Shown here piece by piece: positions 1 through 12,983 of a DNA stretch of 64,000 nt. Where the stretch lies: positions 102,920,001 to 102,984,000 of the forward strand of contig NC_043004.1 in the NCBI RefSeq assembly GCF_006345805.1, read 5' to 3'. A program made the position numbers and the translations under genes. This DNA comes from Octopus sinensis. Lineage: Eukaryota. A model generated the notes under the pieces. That model saw only the letters and a list, made by a program, of their open reading frames with translations, was not told the DNA's origin and did no database searches. The first letter of the stretch is position 1; the number at the start of each line of letters is the position of its first letter.

Positions 1-332
1 CTTATGTGTACTTTCTCTCTCTCTCCCTCTCACACTCTCCCTATCACACACACACACACACACACAACATACAACCTGTGAAGCTAACAACAACACTTCT
101 CGCAGGTTGTTTGTAGACCTGCAAGAATTAGAAACTAAATCTCCGTGAAATCCCATCCTATCTTCTTTAAAAACGGATTGGATTATAAATGTAACCCTGA
201 GTGTAATGTCTTAAGGAAAAAAAATACTGGGTATTCACGGCTGGATTGCTTTTGATCACAGACCTAGTCAATCCGGGCTGATCTTGGGTTAAAACGCAAG
301 TATCGATTAGTTCATTGTAAAACGTGAACTCT

Positions 333-475
333 GCGAAGGTGTGTAGCCTAGGGGCTAGGGTGTTCGGCTCATGATCACAAGATCGTGGGTTCAATTCCTA
401 GACATTGCGTGTCCTTAATTAAGACTCTTCATATCACAACCTTTTACTCTACTCAGCTGTAATGTGTACCAGCTA
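333..475 (+). mobile_element. Degenerate tRNA-derived SINE, Meta-domain-like body (family 4)
   Basis: A-box/B-box-like head (gtagcctaggggctagg...gggttcaattcc) followed by a body similar to the copy at 26548-26811. Confidence 0.45.
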
Positions 476-1145
476 GATGCTGGTGCATTCCCCTGTCTCC
501 TTTCCCCTTTTTCTCTCTCTTTCTCTCTCTTCCCGACAGCTACATTCTGGATATTCCGCTGGATAAAGAGTGAGGAAGCCGAGAAGATGCCTATGTTTAC
601 TGGTTACTGCATAGGCATCTGAAACAATTAGCGAAAGCATGGCACATGTCAAGCTACTACCTCTCCACATTGTGTGATCCCTGTTTCGTAAGAAGGACAT
701 TTGGTTAGAATATCGCAAATCAAAAATCGAAAGATAGACTTTTTCAAGATGAGCCATCTGGCAGTGACACAACTAGAGTATGTATTTCCCAGTCGGCCCT
801 TGTGTTCCCCCCACCCAATCTCACTCATATAATAGACCCCAAAAGTGGGGTATGAAGAATTAGTTACACCGTTGTGGGAATCGGCATAACTATTGGCTTA
901 ATGGACCAGTTGACCTGAGTTCAGTAGCGAAGCTACAGTGTGTATCGCCCGGAGGCAGCCCTTGAGTTTTCCGCCCACGACTTCTGAAGATGTCGCCTCC
1001 ATAAAATGGTAGTCCGGGGCCGACCGCCCCTACTTTCGCTATTGCCATTCAGTTGGAGATGAAGGGGTAGATCATGATAGTTAGATGGTTTGAATAATAT
1101 CCGTAGTTTCAGTAAGCTTGGAAATCTAACAAGGATGTTTCTGGG

Positions 1146-1345
1146 AATCCAGGTAAAAAAATGTCACAGGTAAAAGTCACGGAAAAAATCACGGAAAAAA
1201 AGTCACAAGAGTTTTGTTTGGGGGTGGTTGTCCGAGGGGGTTTTGTCCTAGGGAGTTCTGTCCTGGGGAGGTTTTGTCCAGATCCCATAAATTAATTGTG
1301 ACTTTTTTTCCTAGCCAAAAATTGTGACTTTATTACCGGTCACCG
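1146..1345. mobile_element. Internally deleted DNA-transposon remnant (MULE-like?)
   Basis: Repeated AAAAGTCAC motifs at left, inverted GTGACTTT motifs at right, central GGGGTTTTGTCC repeats; superfamily is inference. Confidence 0.35.
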
Positions 1346-1922
1346 TTTCTGGCAGTACCCCATGGAAGAGGTACCTGAGAACTCTCTTTCTCTCCACACA
1401 TATGGTGGGTGGGTGGTGTTAGGTGGGGGAGACTGTACTCCACGAAACCCCTGTTCCCGAGCCTATGTGCCCCCACAACCTTCCAAGAAATAGTGGGCAG
1501 CGAAAATGGCTGAATGGATTATAGAAGGTACATGTCACCAGGTCGAACAAACTCTCTCACGAGTGACGGCTGGTTGAACAGTATTTTCAGTAAAACATAA
1601 CTTCTGAGAGTTAAGTCGAATGTTACGGAGTTTCAAACTCATCTCAAAATTACTTTCAAACTAACTTATCACTAATTTATATCTCTTATGATTCAGTTGG
1701 CAAACGGTCAGGTTGATGATGAGGAAGACGATGGTGATTATAATGATGATTACGAAGGGGTAGAGGTGATGACGGCGTGATTATGATGATACGATGTGAT
1801 AGTGATGAAGATAGTGAGGGCGACTGTGGCAGCAGTGATTCTATTTGACACGATCTTTATTGTAGGTGTTCTAGAGAATTAAAAAGGAGACCTAGAATGA
1901 CAAAGTCGTTCCTACAATAAAC

Positions 1923-2130
1923 ACTCTTTTACTCTTTTACTTGTTTCAGTCATTTGACTGCGGCCATGCTGGAGCACCGCCTTTAATCGAGCAACTCGAC
2001 CCCGGGACTTATTCTTTTGTAAGCCCAGTACTTATGCTATCGGTCTCTTTTGCCGAACCGCTAAGTAACGGGGGCATAAACACACCACCATCGGTTGTCA
2101 AGCAATGCTAGGGGGACAGACACAGACACA

Positions 2131-2214
<84 letters not shown>

Positions 2215-2381
2215 TACGACGGGCTTCTTTTCAGTTTCTGTCTACCAAATCCACTCACAAGGCTTTGGTCGGCCCGAAGCCATATTAGAAGACACTTGCC
2301 CAAGGTGCCACGCAGTGGGACTGAACCCGGAACCATGTGGTTGGTTAGCAAGCTACTTACCACACAGCCACTCCTGCGCCT
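1923..2381 (-). mobile_element. Full-length tRNA-derived SINE family 1 (CORE-like body, internal microsatellite, LINE-like 3' tail)
   Basis: Minus strand: AGGCGCAGGAGTGGCTGTGTGGTAAG (A box)...GGTTCAGTCCC (B box), CCTTGGGCAAG CORE-like motif, internal (TA)n(TG)n, tail ...GACTGAAAC(AAGTAAAAGAG)n; many copies in window. Confidence 0.9.
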
Positions 2382-2428
2382 TAAGTCACATCTTAACTTT
2401 TTTTTTCAAGTATAGTGTACCTTGAATA

Positions 2429-2614
2429 CAAGGGCACAGCCAGGTTTTAAAGTTAGGGAGAGCGAGTACATAAAAAAAAAGGTGCCGTGATACATACTAA
2501 ACAATTTTTTTACTCATTGATTATACATTTATAAAAGGTACCAATTTTGAAAAAATGTGCTCGATGGGGTGAGGAGCAGTCGTTCTCCTTGTTCCTCTAT
2601 AAGCCACGCCACTG
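2429..2614. mobile_element. hAT-like MITE
   Basis: Degenerate TIRs CAAGGGCACAGCC / GCCACGCCACTG; 8-bp flanks cttgaata / tttgtata match at 6/8. Confidence 0.5.
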
Positions 2615-3173
2615 TTTGTATATACCATCGTACACGTTTTTATTTTGAAGGTGAAGGGGAATAATTCGTAGCAGATATGACTGCTATTTCTAGCAGATCA
2701 AATGACTACGTAAGACCGTTTGATTATAACGGCGATAGTGATGGGAGGATGGTGCATGACGGGTAAAAATTTGAGATCCAATAGATGACGATAATTGATG
2801 AGGATGTTGGCGAGAAGGAGGAGTCTTCGAAGGAGGAGCGAAGAAAGGACAATAATAATAATAATAATAATAAAAAAATGAGAAAATAAACACAGGCACG
2901 AAAGCAAAATGCAAATCAAGACAATGAAAATAAAACGATAATATTCGCCACATACCTGAATCGTTTTCCTTTTTAACACACAATCATGTTATTAGCATCA
3001 ACAGCAACAGGAGCAGTAGTTTGCAACGTATTTTGTAAATAATAAAGAAAGCGGTGCGAAAAGAAACAAAAGTCCATGTTTACAGATGAATGAATGAATG
3101 AATGAATAAATATATAATAATAAATAAAGAAATAAATAATTTTATATGTTTGTGTGTATATGTATATCTGTAG

Positions 3174-3205
<32 letters not shown>

Positions 3206-3822
3206 AGAGTCACTAGCAAGATATAGCAGACACTTGGCAGTTGGTTACGCGTTGATTTGAACTAAAACGTTCAGAAATGTAATGTGACTTAGAGATATTG
3301 TATCCGTGTCCTTATATAAAGTTTTTGTAATTTCTCTTTCTATTTATAGTACCTGATGAAATTACACGTTTTAAAAGAGGTCACACAGGAAGATGATGTC
3401 AACTTCGTCCTTAGATAATTTTCTTTCTTTTTTCTTGCATTTCGTCCTCCCCTCAACGCTCTTGTAAGAGTCGCCGGCACAGATGTTTAACTTTTCTACG
3501 GGTCGAAGTGTAGACAGTTCGGGCCTCCATAAAGGCGAAGTTTTCTTTCCTATGTCTAAATGCACTTCATTTAAACCCAAGAAGGACTGTTCGAAACTGT
3601 AACCGAACCTCCCATGCATCAGAATCCGGAGAAAAGACTCGGGAGAAGACGTCCCAGAAGAAAAAAAATCATAGGAAAAAGTTACTAGCAATACACAGAA
3701 CTACAGGACTATGACAGCGTTTTTCGTGGAATACTTGTCTTAGTCATCAACAATAAAAATACTAAATATACATGTAATGCGATGATTCCATTTAAAGTGT
3801 TTTTAATATGGACGTGGCATTT

Positions 3823-4040
3823 AAGGCGGCGAGCTGGCAGAAACGTTAGCACGCCGGGCGAAATTCTTAGCGGTATTTCGTCTGCCGTTACGTTCTGAGT
3901 TCAAATTCCGCCGAGGTCGACTTTGCCTTTCATCTGTTCGGGGTCGATAAATTAAGTACCAGTTACGCACTGGGGTCGATGTAATCGACTTACCCGCTTC
4001 CCCGAAATTGCTGGCTTTGTGCCAAAATTTGAAACCAATA
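3823..4040 (+). mobile_element. tRNA-derived SINE family 2 monomer (Deu/Nin-domain-like)
   Basis: AAGGCGGCGAGCTGGCAGAA head, GAGTTCAAATTCC B box, GAGGTCGACTTTGCCTTTCATC...GGGGTCGATAAATTAAGTACC central domain. Confidence 0.85.
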
Positions 4041-4095
4041 TGTACATGTCATTTATTGTAAATAAATAAATGAGTGACTTGAATTTTTTATTCAT

Positions 4096-4832
4096 GGGCG
4101 TGGCTGTGTGATAAGTTTGCATCCGACTGCGTTGTACCTGGGGCAAGTGTCTGCTATATCTTCGAGTCGACCATAGATTTTTGAGTGGATTTGTTAGACG
4201 GTAACTGAAAGAAGACTATCGTGTGTGTGTCTGTTGTTCCCCACCACCGCTTGACAAACGATGTTGATGTGTTTACGCCTTCGTAAATTAGCGGTTCGGC
4301 AAAACAGACCGATAGAATAAGTTCCAGGCATTAAAAGAAGAAAAAAACGTTTTGTGGTCAATTCGTTCGACTAAAATACTTCAAGGGGGTGCCCTAGCAC
4401 CCCAGCACGGTTGCAGTCTAATGACTGAAACAAATAACAGATAAAAGATTGTCGTGGCTGTGTGGTAAGTAGCTTGCTTACCAGCCACATGGTTCCGGGT
4501 TCAGTCCCACTGCGTGGCACCTTGGGCAAGTGTCTTCTACTTATAGCCTCTGGCCAACCAAAGCCTTGAGAGTGGATTTGGTAGACGGAAATTGAAAGAA
4601 GCCCGTCGTATATATATGTATGTGTGTGTATATGTTTGTTTGTCTGTGTTTGTCCCCTCACCCAACATCGCTTGATGCTGGTGGGTTTACGTCCCCGTAA
4701 CTTAGCGGTTCGGCAAAAGAGACGATAGCATAAGTACTAGGCTTCCAAAGAATAAGTCCTGGGTCGATTTGCTCGACTAAAAGGCGGTGCTCCAGCATGG
4801 CCACAGTCAAATGACTAAAACAAATAAAAGAG
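4096..4832 (+). mobile_element. Two tandem family-1 SINEs (older 4096-4450, younger 4452-4832)
   Basis: Both align along their length to the 1923-2381 element. Confidence 0.8.
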
Positions 4833-5086
4833 TTTGCTTTAGAAACTCATTAAAAGGTTTGTTTTTTTCCACACTTGTAATGCCATCATACAAAAATTGT
4901 GTACAAGTCATTCACTGTCAGTAACTGATTTAAAATATATTTTGTTTCATTACTTTAGTTGTTTCTAGTATTGAAATAAAATGTAACATTTTTCCTAGCT
5001 GTCTCCCCCCACCCTCTTTTTTTTGCGGAGCCCACAAATCGTGGTAGAACACAATGGATAATTCAGTTCTCGATTATACTATGCTT

Positions 5087-5480
5087 CGTGGTTAGGGCAG
5101 CAGAGTACTATGACCCAGTGGTTAGGGCAGCAGAGTCGCGGTCTAAGGATCGCGGTTTCGATTCCTAGACCGGGCATTGTGAGTATTATTTATTGAGCGA
5201 AAACACCTAAAGCTCCGCGAGGCTCCGGTAGGAGGTGGTGGCGAACCCTGCTGTACACTTTCGCTTCAACTTTCTCTCTTTCTTCCTGGTTCTGTTGTGC
5301 CTGTATTTCAAAGGGTCAGCCTTGTCACACTCTGTGTCACGCTGAATCATCCCGAGAACTACGTTAAGGGTACACGTGTGTGTGAAGTGCTCAACCACTT
5401 GCACGTTAATTTCACGAGCAGGCTGTTCCGTTGATCGGTTCAACTGGGACCCACGTCGTCGTAACCGACGGAATGCCACG
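5087..5480 (+). mobile_element. tRNA-derived SINE family 3 with duplicated 5' head segment
   Basis: gtggttagggcagcagagt occurs twice; body matches 23898-24288. Confidence 0.8.
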
Positions 5481-5964
5481 ATACTATGCTTGGAAAAACA
5501 AAAATAAGGGATGATCACGGCAGGAACGCCACCGATCATAGATCAGCTGGTTTGGTCAAACAACCTAACTGAACGAAATGAATTCTCTGAACAGTTCGTT
5601 CACTGATAATACTGATTTTAAAGCCTACCAAAACAAATTCCAGTTGAGTATTGAGGTTATCTAATCTGGCGTTTCTGATGACACCCCCCCCCAACAACAC
5701 CCCGGAAGAGGTTGCGAGAATTAAAAAGAGGAAACGGACAAAATATCAATTTTGATAAAATCATGACGGACTCCAAATTTCTAAACTTGCCAAACATGTT
5801 GGAGAAGAAAAAAGAAGTTATAAGGATGCGAATATTATTATTAACTAGCGTAAAAGCCACCCTAGCCCCTGTGGAGGGGCTCTTCATGGGGTCTTGAGCC
5901 CAATAATGACACGTCATGCATTGAGTACTTATTAAATTTTATCAAACCTGACAGATATTTTTCG

Positions 5965-6062
5965 CATCTTGGGCAAGTGTCTTCTACTATAGCCCCGGGC
6001 CGACCAATGCCTTGTGAGTGGATTTGGTAGACGGAAACTGAAAGAAGCCTGTCATATATATG

Positions 6063-6095
<33 letters not shown>

Positions 6096-6300
6096 TTGTG
6101 TGTCTGTGTTTGTCCTCCTAGCATTGCTTGACAACCGATACTGATGTGGTTATGTCCCCGTCACTTAGCGGTTCGGCAAAAGAGACCGATTGAATAAGTA
6201 CTGGGCTTACAAAGAATAAGTCCTGGGGTCGATTTGTTCGACTAAAAGCGGTGCTCCAGCATGGCCGCAGTCAAATGACTGAAACAAGTAAAAGAGTAAG
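5965..6300 (+). mobile_element. 5'-truncated family-1 SINE
   Basis: Starts at cttgggcaagtgtc and ends at gactgaaacaagtaaaagag. Confidence 0.85.
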
Positions 6301-6479
6301 CAATGAACAATTTTCGTCAAAAGAATATAAGTCGACTTGGAACTTATTGCAAAGTTTCATGATGAGCAACATTGTTTGTCTTCCCATTCGGGGGTCAGCA
6401 CAATTTTTTATTCTGTCTAACCTCTTTCTTACTCTCTCTCCCTCTCTTTCTCTCTCTTTCTGCTGATTGTTTTCAACCA

Positions 6480-6830
6480 TCACCATCACCACTACCACCA
6501 TGTCATCGCCACCACAACTGCCATACAGACACCATTCAGACTTCTGACGCACACCGCCATCAACACCTTTGACTTCGCCGCCTTCCCCTCCACCACTATC
6601 TTCAGTCTTTCACATCCCTCACTATCACCGTCATGCTTGACCGCCTCAGCTACCTCCACCACCACCACCACCACCATCATCACTGTTGCATCCGCCTTCG
6701 CCTCTACCACAACTACAGCTCATACTTTTACGAGTACCACATTACCATCTCAACTGTCAATCTACTACCGCCTTCACCGTCTCTATTCCTACTATTACTT
6801 TCACCCCAGCAAGAGGAGCAAAAGTGTCCT
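6480..6830. repeat. Degenerate CAC/CAT/TAC triplet low-complexity tract (similar tracts at 25440-25540, 27380-27660, 31140-31400)
   Basis: Imperfect trinucleotide runs. Confidence 0.7.
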
Positions 6831-6892
6831 TGAATAGTGAGAGAGGAGGTCAAAGTGTGACACACTGACACACGGAAATTCGTTCTTTCCGT

Positions 6893-7099
6893 TTATTCTT
6901 GTTTCAGTCATTTGACTGTGGCCATGCTGGAGCACCGCCTTTAGTCGAACACATCGACCCCGGGACTTATTCTTTGTCAGCCTAGTACTTATCCTATCGG
7001 TCTCGTTTGCCGAACCGCTAAGTGATAGGGACGTAAATACACCACCATCGGTTGTCAAGCGATGCTGGAGGGACAAACACACACACACACACACACACA

Positions 7100-7168
<69 letters not shown>

Positions 7169-7337
7169 AACATACATATATACGACGGGCTTCTTTCAGT
7201 TTCCGTCTACCAAATCCACTCACAAGGCTTTAGCCGGCCCGGGGCTATAGTAGAAGACACTTGCCCAAGGTGTCATGCAGTGGGACTGAACTCGGAACCG
7301 TGTGGTTGGTAAGCAGGCTACTTACCACACAGCCACT
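6893..7337 (-). mobile_element. Family-1 SINE
   Basis: Colinear with 1923-2381. Confidence 0.85.
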
Positions 7338-7869
7338 GGCATTTTTTATTATAGAAAAGAGGGAGAGGTAAGGCAAAATTTCTCCAACGTTGCTTGGGGA
7401 ACCACTATTTCTCAGTTTGAGAGCAACTGATCTAATTAGTAGCACCTGATCCTCGGTATTTGCGGTCTTTTTGTGCTTACGTATGAAATCAGATGTTTTT
7501 TTTTGGCGTGAATCATTCAAAAGCTAACGAGAAATATATGTCAGTAGGTCAAAACCAATGTAATCAGTCAGTGACTCAGGGTAGACACAGTCAGTATGGA
7601 GCACCAATTATGCCTTTATCTTCTGTTACAATCCCATTGACCATTAGGATGTTTTATAAGAATATTAAGTTAACCCAATATACGAACCCGGAAGATGTGT
7701 TGTGTCGTAGAGCGTTTACGCAATAAACAATTTAATCGCACTCCATCCTTAATTACGTAGATGTTTCAATGCTGCTGAATAACCAAACTTTTTTCATTGA
7801 AACACGGGTATCTTCAACAGTCCCGCTCGCGTGCAACCTCGTGAAATGTGTGTTCTGGTATTGCTACAA

Positions 7870-8280
7870 ATTTTGGCACAAGGCCATCAATTTTAGAAGT
7901 GACGAGGAAGTCGATTACATCGATCTCGGTACTTGACCTGTATTTATTTCATCAATCTCGAAAGTGTGAAAGGCAAAGTCGACCCCGGTGGAATTTAAAC
8001 TCAGAATGATAAGAGCCGGAAGAAATGCCGCTAAGTATTTTGTTCGACGTGCTTTAATACATGCCATAAAATTGGTTTCAAATTTTGGCACAAGCCCAGT
8101 AAGTTCGAGTGAGGGGTTAAGTCCTTTACAATGACTCCAGTATTCGACTGGTATTTAGTTTATCGACCCCGAAAGGATGAAAGGCAAAGTCGTCCTCGGC
8201 GGAATTTGAACTCAGACGGATTAGATGCCGATAAGCATTTTGTCCGGTGTGCCTACGACTCTGCCTGCTCGCCGCTTTAA
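7870..8280 (-). mobile_element. Two adjacent family-2 SINE monomers
   Basis: Two reverse copies of the GTCGAC...CATCCTTTCGGGGTCGAT domain. Confidence 0.75.
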
Positions 8281-8525
8281 TACATGTCATTATATTAGCA
8301 TAACAAGAGTTATCTCCACTTCCAGAAACGAAATTATTGAATTTTCTTCTGGAAATCATTGCAGTTGCTCGTATCTTTATCAATGGAGTACTGACTCTGT
8401 ATTATTAGTTCACCATGAATATCTGTATTATTATTTATTTGATCTGCATGAGCTTACATACCGTGTCCATTCTGAAGAATCACTGCTGCATTATCCACTG
8501 GAGACACAATTCTAGATTTTTGTTG

Positions 8526-8941
8526 GGATCTTTTCGGTTTGAACGGCAGTTTTTTATAGCGATGTCATATGAAATTGTCACCCATAATTATGTCCCTAGT
8601 ATTGATCTATTGCATTTCAATCTGTTTTAGGGTTAAGGTTAGGGGTGGGGGAAGGGTATATTTTTTTTTCAGAAATGTAAATAAACCCAATCTGTTTCTT
8701 AAACGAGGGACATATTCATACGGCACAGAATGTTTTCACCTCAATAGACGTCATTGATTGGTTGAAATTGCAGAAATTGAAGAAAAAAACCAACAAATAT
8801 CTTACAAACTATAGAATTTTCTCAATAAAGCCAAGAGAAAAAGATGTTTTATAAACACATTCTACCAGTATACGAAGTTTAAAAGTGTTTAGTTACGTGG
8901 ATATTATTTTTAAAAAACTGCCGTTCAAACCGAAAAGGTCC
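8526..8941. mobile_element. 416-bp MITE with ~30-bp TIRs and 8-bp TSD (Merlin-like)
   Basis: GGATCTTTTCGGTTTGAACGGCAGTTTTT / AAAAACTGCCGTTCAAACCGAAAAGGTCC; TTTTGTTG at 8518-8525 and 8942-8949; internal TTAGGG-like tract. Confidence 0.75.
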
Positions 8942-9494
8942 TTTTGTTGTTCTTCATTTCTTCTTCATCGATATTAAACCTGGAGCCGCAGTTTCATGAG
9001 ACATAAGTTATGGGTGATCGTATTTTTCTGCTCATCAAAACAGATTGACTATGGAATTTTAGTATTGTTTGTGGTCCCATCTTCTTTGACAAATTAAAAA
9101 AAAAAGTCTATTGGGTGCCCAGACGGAGTGATCCCAGTATGAAGGGCTGGTTGCGTTGCTGAGCATTCAAAAATGACGTAAATTAAATTGACAATACATC
9201 TCTTCAAAAATCTGTGACCTAGAACCCATGTTAAGAAGCCTTATTTTAAACACGTCTTTTTACGATTTAATAAAATTGAAATCTTGATATGATTTGTTAT
9301 GTCTTTTAGGCTCTTCTCATATTGAACAACGCTGTTAAATACATACATACAATCATACAAACGTATATACAATCATACATATATACATACACACATATAC
9401 ACACATACATACACACATACATGCATATATACATACATACAGACAGACACACACATACATTACATACAAACACACAATTTTACATACACTCACA

Positions 9495-9648
9495 CATGTG
9501 TTTACGTCCCCGTCACTTAACGGTTCGGCAAAAGTGACCGATAGAATAAGTACTGGGCTTACAAAGAATAAGTCCCGGGGTCGATTTGCTCGACTAAAGG
9601 TGGTGCTCCAGCATGGCCGCAGTCAAATGACTGAAACAAGTAAAAGAT
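9495..9648 (+). mobile_element. Family-1 SINE 3' half embedded in microsatellite
   Basis: gtttacgtccccgtcacttaacggttcggc...gactgaaacaagtaaaaga. Confidence 0.8.
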
Positions 9649-10524
9649 ATACATACACGTACATACATACATACATACAGACAGACAGACAAATATATAC
9701 ACACACACGTACGTACGTACGTACATACATACATACATTAATGTGTTTCACAATACACACACACACATGCACACACATATATATTTTGATTTATAATTTT
9801 TACTAGTCCTTTTAGTTCTCATAAGAAGATGGTTTAAAACAGATCCACTGAAAATGGAAACCTCGCCGCCCACACACTCACTCAACAAGAAATAACAAGA
9901 AATAATATTACAACTACTTGAACTGTTACGGAAATAGCAATTATCGTAGAATTTTATCATGTAGACGTTGTTACGATATCAAATTTTGCTGTAGATTTTG
10001 CAATAGATCTTGACATGGAAATAAATGAATTATTCTGTTGCTCAAGCGTTAAGCGTCATTTGAGTTTTAATACGCTAACAGTTAATTCTTTGGGGCAATG
10101 TGTGGTGGGCCTGTTCGGGTTCACTTAGGTCAAGTCCTTATTAAGAACTTGTATTCAACTAAGTGACTTTACATCAGCTATGATAAAGTAATTCCAAATT
10201 ATGCCCTTATGAAATAATATACTCACATTGCTTTGTACATATACACATACATACATACATACATACATACATACATACATACATACATACATACATACAT
10301 ACATACATGTGTATGTGTGTGTGCCTTCCATATATCTCTCAACGTAGCGTGTTGCACACAGGATATATATATATATATAATTGCATTTATTTCTTCAAAC
10401 TTGAATTACTTTCTTATGCTGTGTGATAGGGCGCCCAGTGTTAAAAATTGCGACAATAGCTTAATACAATTTCATTTGAATTTATCTAAGTATTATTATT
10501 AAGTATTACTATTTGGAAACATAT

Positions 10525-10710
10525 TTCGGTTGAGTCGTCAAGTCGATTACATTCACCCCACTGCTCAGGTGATACTTATTTTATCGACCCCGAAAGTATG
10601 AAAGACAAAATCAACCTTGGCGGAATTTGAACTCAGAACATAAAGCCAGAAGAAATATCGCTAAGCATTTTGTTCGACATGTTGAGAATTCTGCCAGCTT
10701 GCCGCTCTTA
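10525..10710 (-). mobile_element. Degenerate family-2 SINE
   Basis: Reverse of central domain and head. Confidence 0.65.
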
Positions 10711-11127
10711 AAGAGAGAAAAAGAGAGCTAGCTAGAACTATATTGCTATTTACTTAACGTTGACGAAGAATATAACATTTTTTTTTGTGAAACGTTTGCT
10801 TGTAATAAACAGAGTCGTGTGAATGAGTCGCAGTAATCTATCGCATTACCAGCATCGTACCTTCCCAGGTTTACGCATACGGAATCACCTCCCTTTTGCA
10901 TACACACACATATACTCACACAGAGTTGAAAAGCTGTTTGACTTTTTTTACACCGTAGAATTTCCATCATCCCACTACCAAGTTTGAAACAACCCACCCT
11001 TTCCTTCCTTATTCATCTATCACCCTTTCCTTTCTCATTCATATGTTGTGACGAAGAAAAATACAAGATTATTATTATAGTAGATAGAATAAGTAATAGA
11101 AAATCTTTGGTACAGTATCATATATTT

Positions 11128-11295
11128 GAAAAAAAATGGAAATTGCTTTTCTGACAATTTTCCCACTTTAATGATTAGATGTTCATGATTTTTAAACGGC
11201 GGTGCATCAGCATGGCCGCAGCTCTAAGCTGAAACTAGAAAAAAAAATCTAATTATTAAAGTGGAAAATTATTAGAAAACCAATTTCTATTCATT
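11128..11295. repeat. ~50-bp inverted repeat enclosing an isolated LINE/SINE 3' stem-loop
   Basis: aattgcttttctgacaattttcccactttaatgattagat vs atctaattattaaagtggaaaattattagaaaaccaatt. Confidence 0.7.
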
Positions 11296-11307
11296 TTTCT
11301 TTCATGA

Positions 11308-11461
11308 ATGGCCGTGTGGTAAGAAGCTTGCTTACCAACAACGCGGTTCCGGGTTCAGTCCCACTGCGTAGCATTTTGGGCAATTATCTTCTACTGTAGT
11401 ATCGGGCCGACCAAAAGCCTTGTGAGTGGATTTGGTTGACAGAAACTGAAAGAGGGTCGTC

Positions 11462-11493
<32 letters not shown>

Positions 11494-11722
11494 ATATGTA
11501 TGTGTGTGCCTTTGTGTCTGTGTTTGTCCCACCACCTCCATCACTTGACGACCGATGTTAGTATGTCTACGTCCTCCAACTTAGCGATTCGGCAGAAGAA
11601 ACCGATTGAATAAATGCCAGGCTTACAAAGAATAAGTCAAGGGGTCGATTTCTTCGACTGAAAGGCGATGCTCCAGCATGGCCCCAGTCAAATGACTGAA
11701 AGAAGTAAATGAGGAAAAGAAT
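11308..11722 (+). mobile_element. Family-1 SINE
   Basis: Head, body and tail colinear with other copies. Confidence 0.8.
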
Positions 11723-12039
11723 ATACATACATATCAAAATGTGTGTGTGTGTGTGTGTGTAAGTACATATAGTGGATACGGAGTCCATCTGTTTATCTAT
11801 CTATCTGATGAGCTTCCATGTTCATGAAAATTATCATACGAGGTTTTTGTCAGATCTAAGACTACTGTAGAAGACACCATCTTTAAAGTACCACATAATG
11901 GGATAGAATTTGAACACACGTAACACATCTTTATGAAACAAACTTTTTTTAACAAATGACCATGTCTTCGCCCATAAACTATCTGATGTGGCGTACCGGC
12001 AGTATTTTTTTTCCAATATGTCAGGGACTCTCTTTCTCT

Positions 12040-12428
12040 TTTTTACTCTTTTACTCTTTTACTTGTTTCAGTCATTTGACTGCGGCCATGCTGGAGTACC
12101 GCCTTTAGTCGAGTAAATCGACCCCAGGACTTATTCTTTGTAAGCCTAGTACTTATTCTATCGGTCTCTTTTGCTGAACCGCTAAGTTACGGAGACGTAA
12201 ACACACAACCATCGGTTGTCAAGCGATGTTGGGGGACAAACACAGACACATATATACATATGTATATATATGAAGGGCTTCTTTCAGTTTCCGTCTACCA
12301 AATCCACTCACAAGGCTTTGGTCGGCCCGAGACTATAGTAGAAGACACTTGCCCAAGGTGCCACGCAGTGGGAACGAACCCGGAACTATGTGGTTGGTAA
12401 GCAAGCTACTTACCACACAGCCACTCCT
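12040..12428 (-). mobile_element. Family-1 SINE
   Basis: Colinear with 1923-2381. Confidence 0.85.
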
Positions 12429-12680
12429 CGGTAATATTCCTTAGTAATATTAATTTATACCGGAAACAATATTTATATAATGAATATAATAAACGTTGAC
12501 ATTTTTTTTTTATCTTGCATTTATTTTGTAAACAAATAATACAATATTACAGTAGCATTTTATAAGCATTTTATAATGTTTCTTTCTTTTCTGGAAGCTC
12601 GCCGTGTACCGGCAGCTGATGGCTCACGGACCGACACCGGTCCGCAGGCCACCACTTAGAGTAACACTGCTGTATAGCAT

Positions 12681-12983
12681 TGTTTGTTCCTTCTCGAGCC
12701 ACGCCTGGCGCATAAGGGCCGGTTTTCCGGTTTCCTTGGCGTATAGGTTCCCCACCTGGACAGGACGCCGGTCCGTCGCAGGTGAGCTGCAAGATGCAGG
12801 AGGGAAGAGTGAGAGAAAGTTGTGACGAAAGAGTCGGCAGACGTTCGCCATTACCTTCTGCCGGAGCCGCGTGGAGCTTAGGTATTTCGCTCATAAACAC
12901 ACACATCGCCCGGTCTGAGATTCGAACCCGCGATCCTTCGACCGCAAGTCCGCTGCTCTAACCACTAGGCCATGTGCCTCCAC
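12681..12983 (-). mobile_element. SINE with family-3 head/body and family-4 tail, 12-bp TSD
   Basis: GTGGAGGCACATGGCCTAGTGG...GGGTTCGAATCTC head; TSD GCTGTATAGCAT at 12669-12680 and 12984-12995. Confidence 0.9.

Noticed and set aside
3371-3691. 106-aa non-repetitive ORF (also 5712-5897, 15356-15565)
   Set aside because: No recognisable motif, no convincing splice-site pair, and length within chance expectation
12900-12983. tRNA-like sequences with A and B boxes (also 23898, 26811, 59178)
   Set aside because: They continue into SINE bodies and tails with TSDs, and no complete cloverleaf is evident, so they are SINE heads rather than tRNA genes
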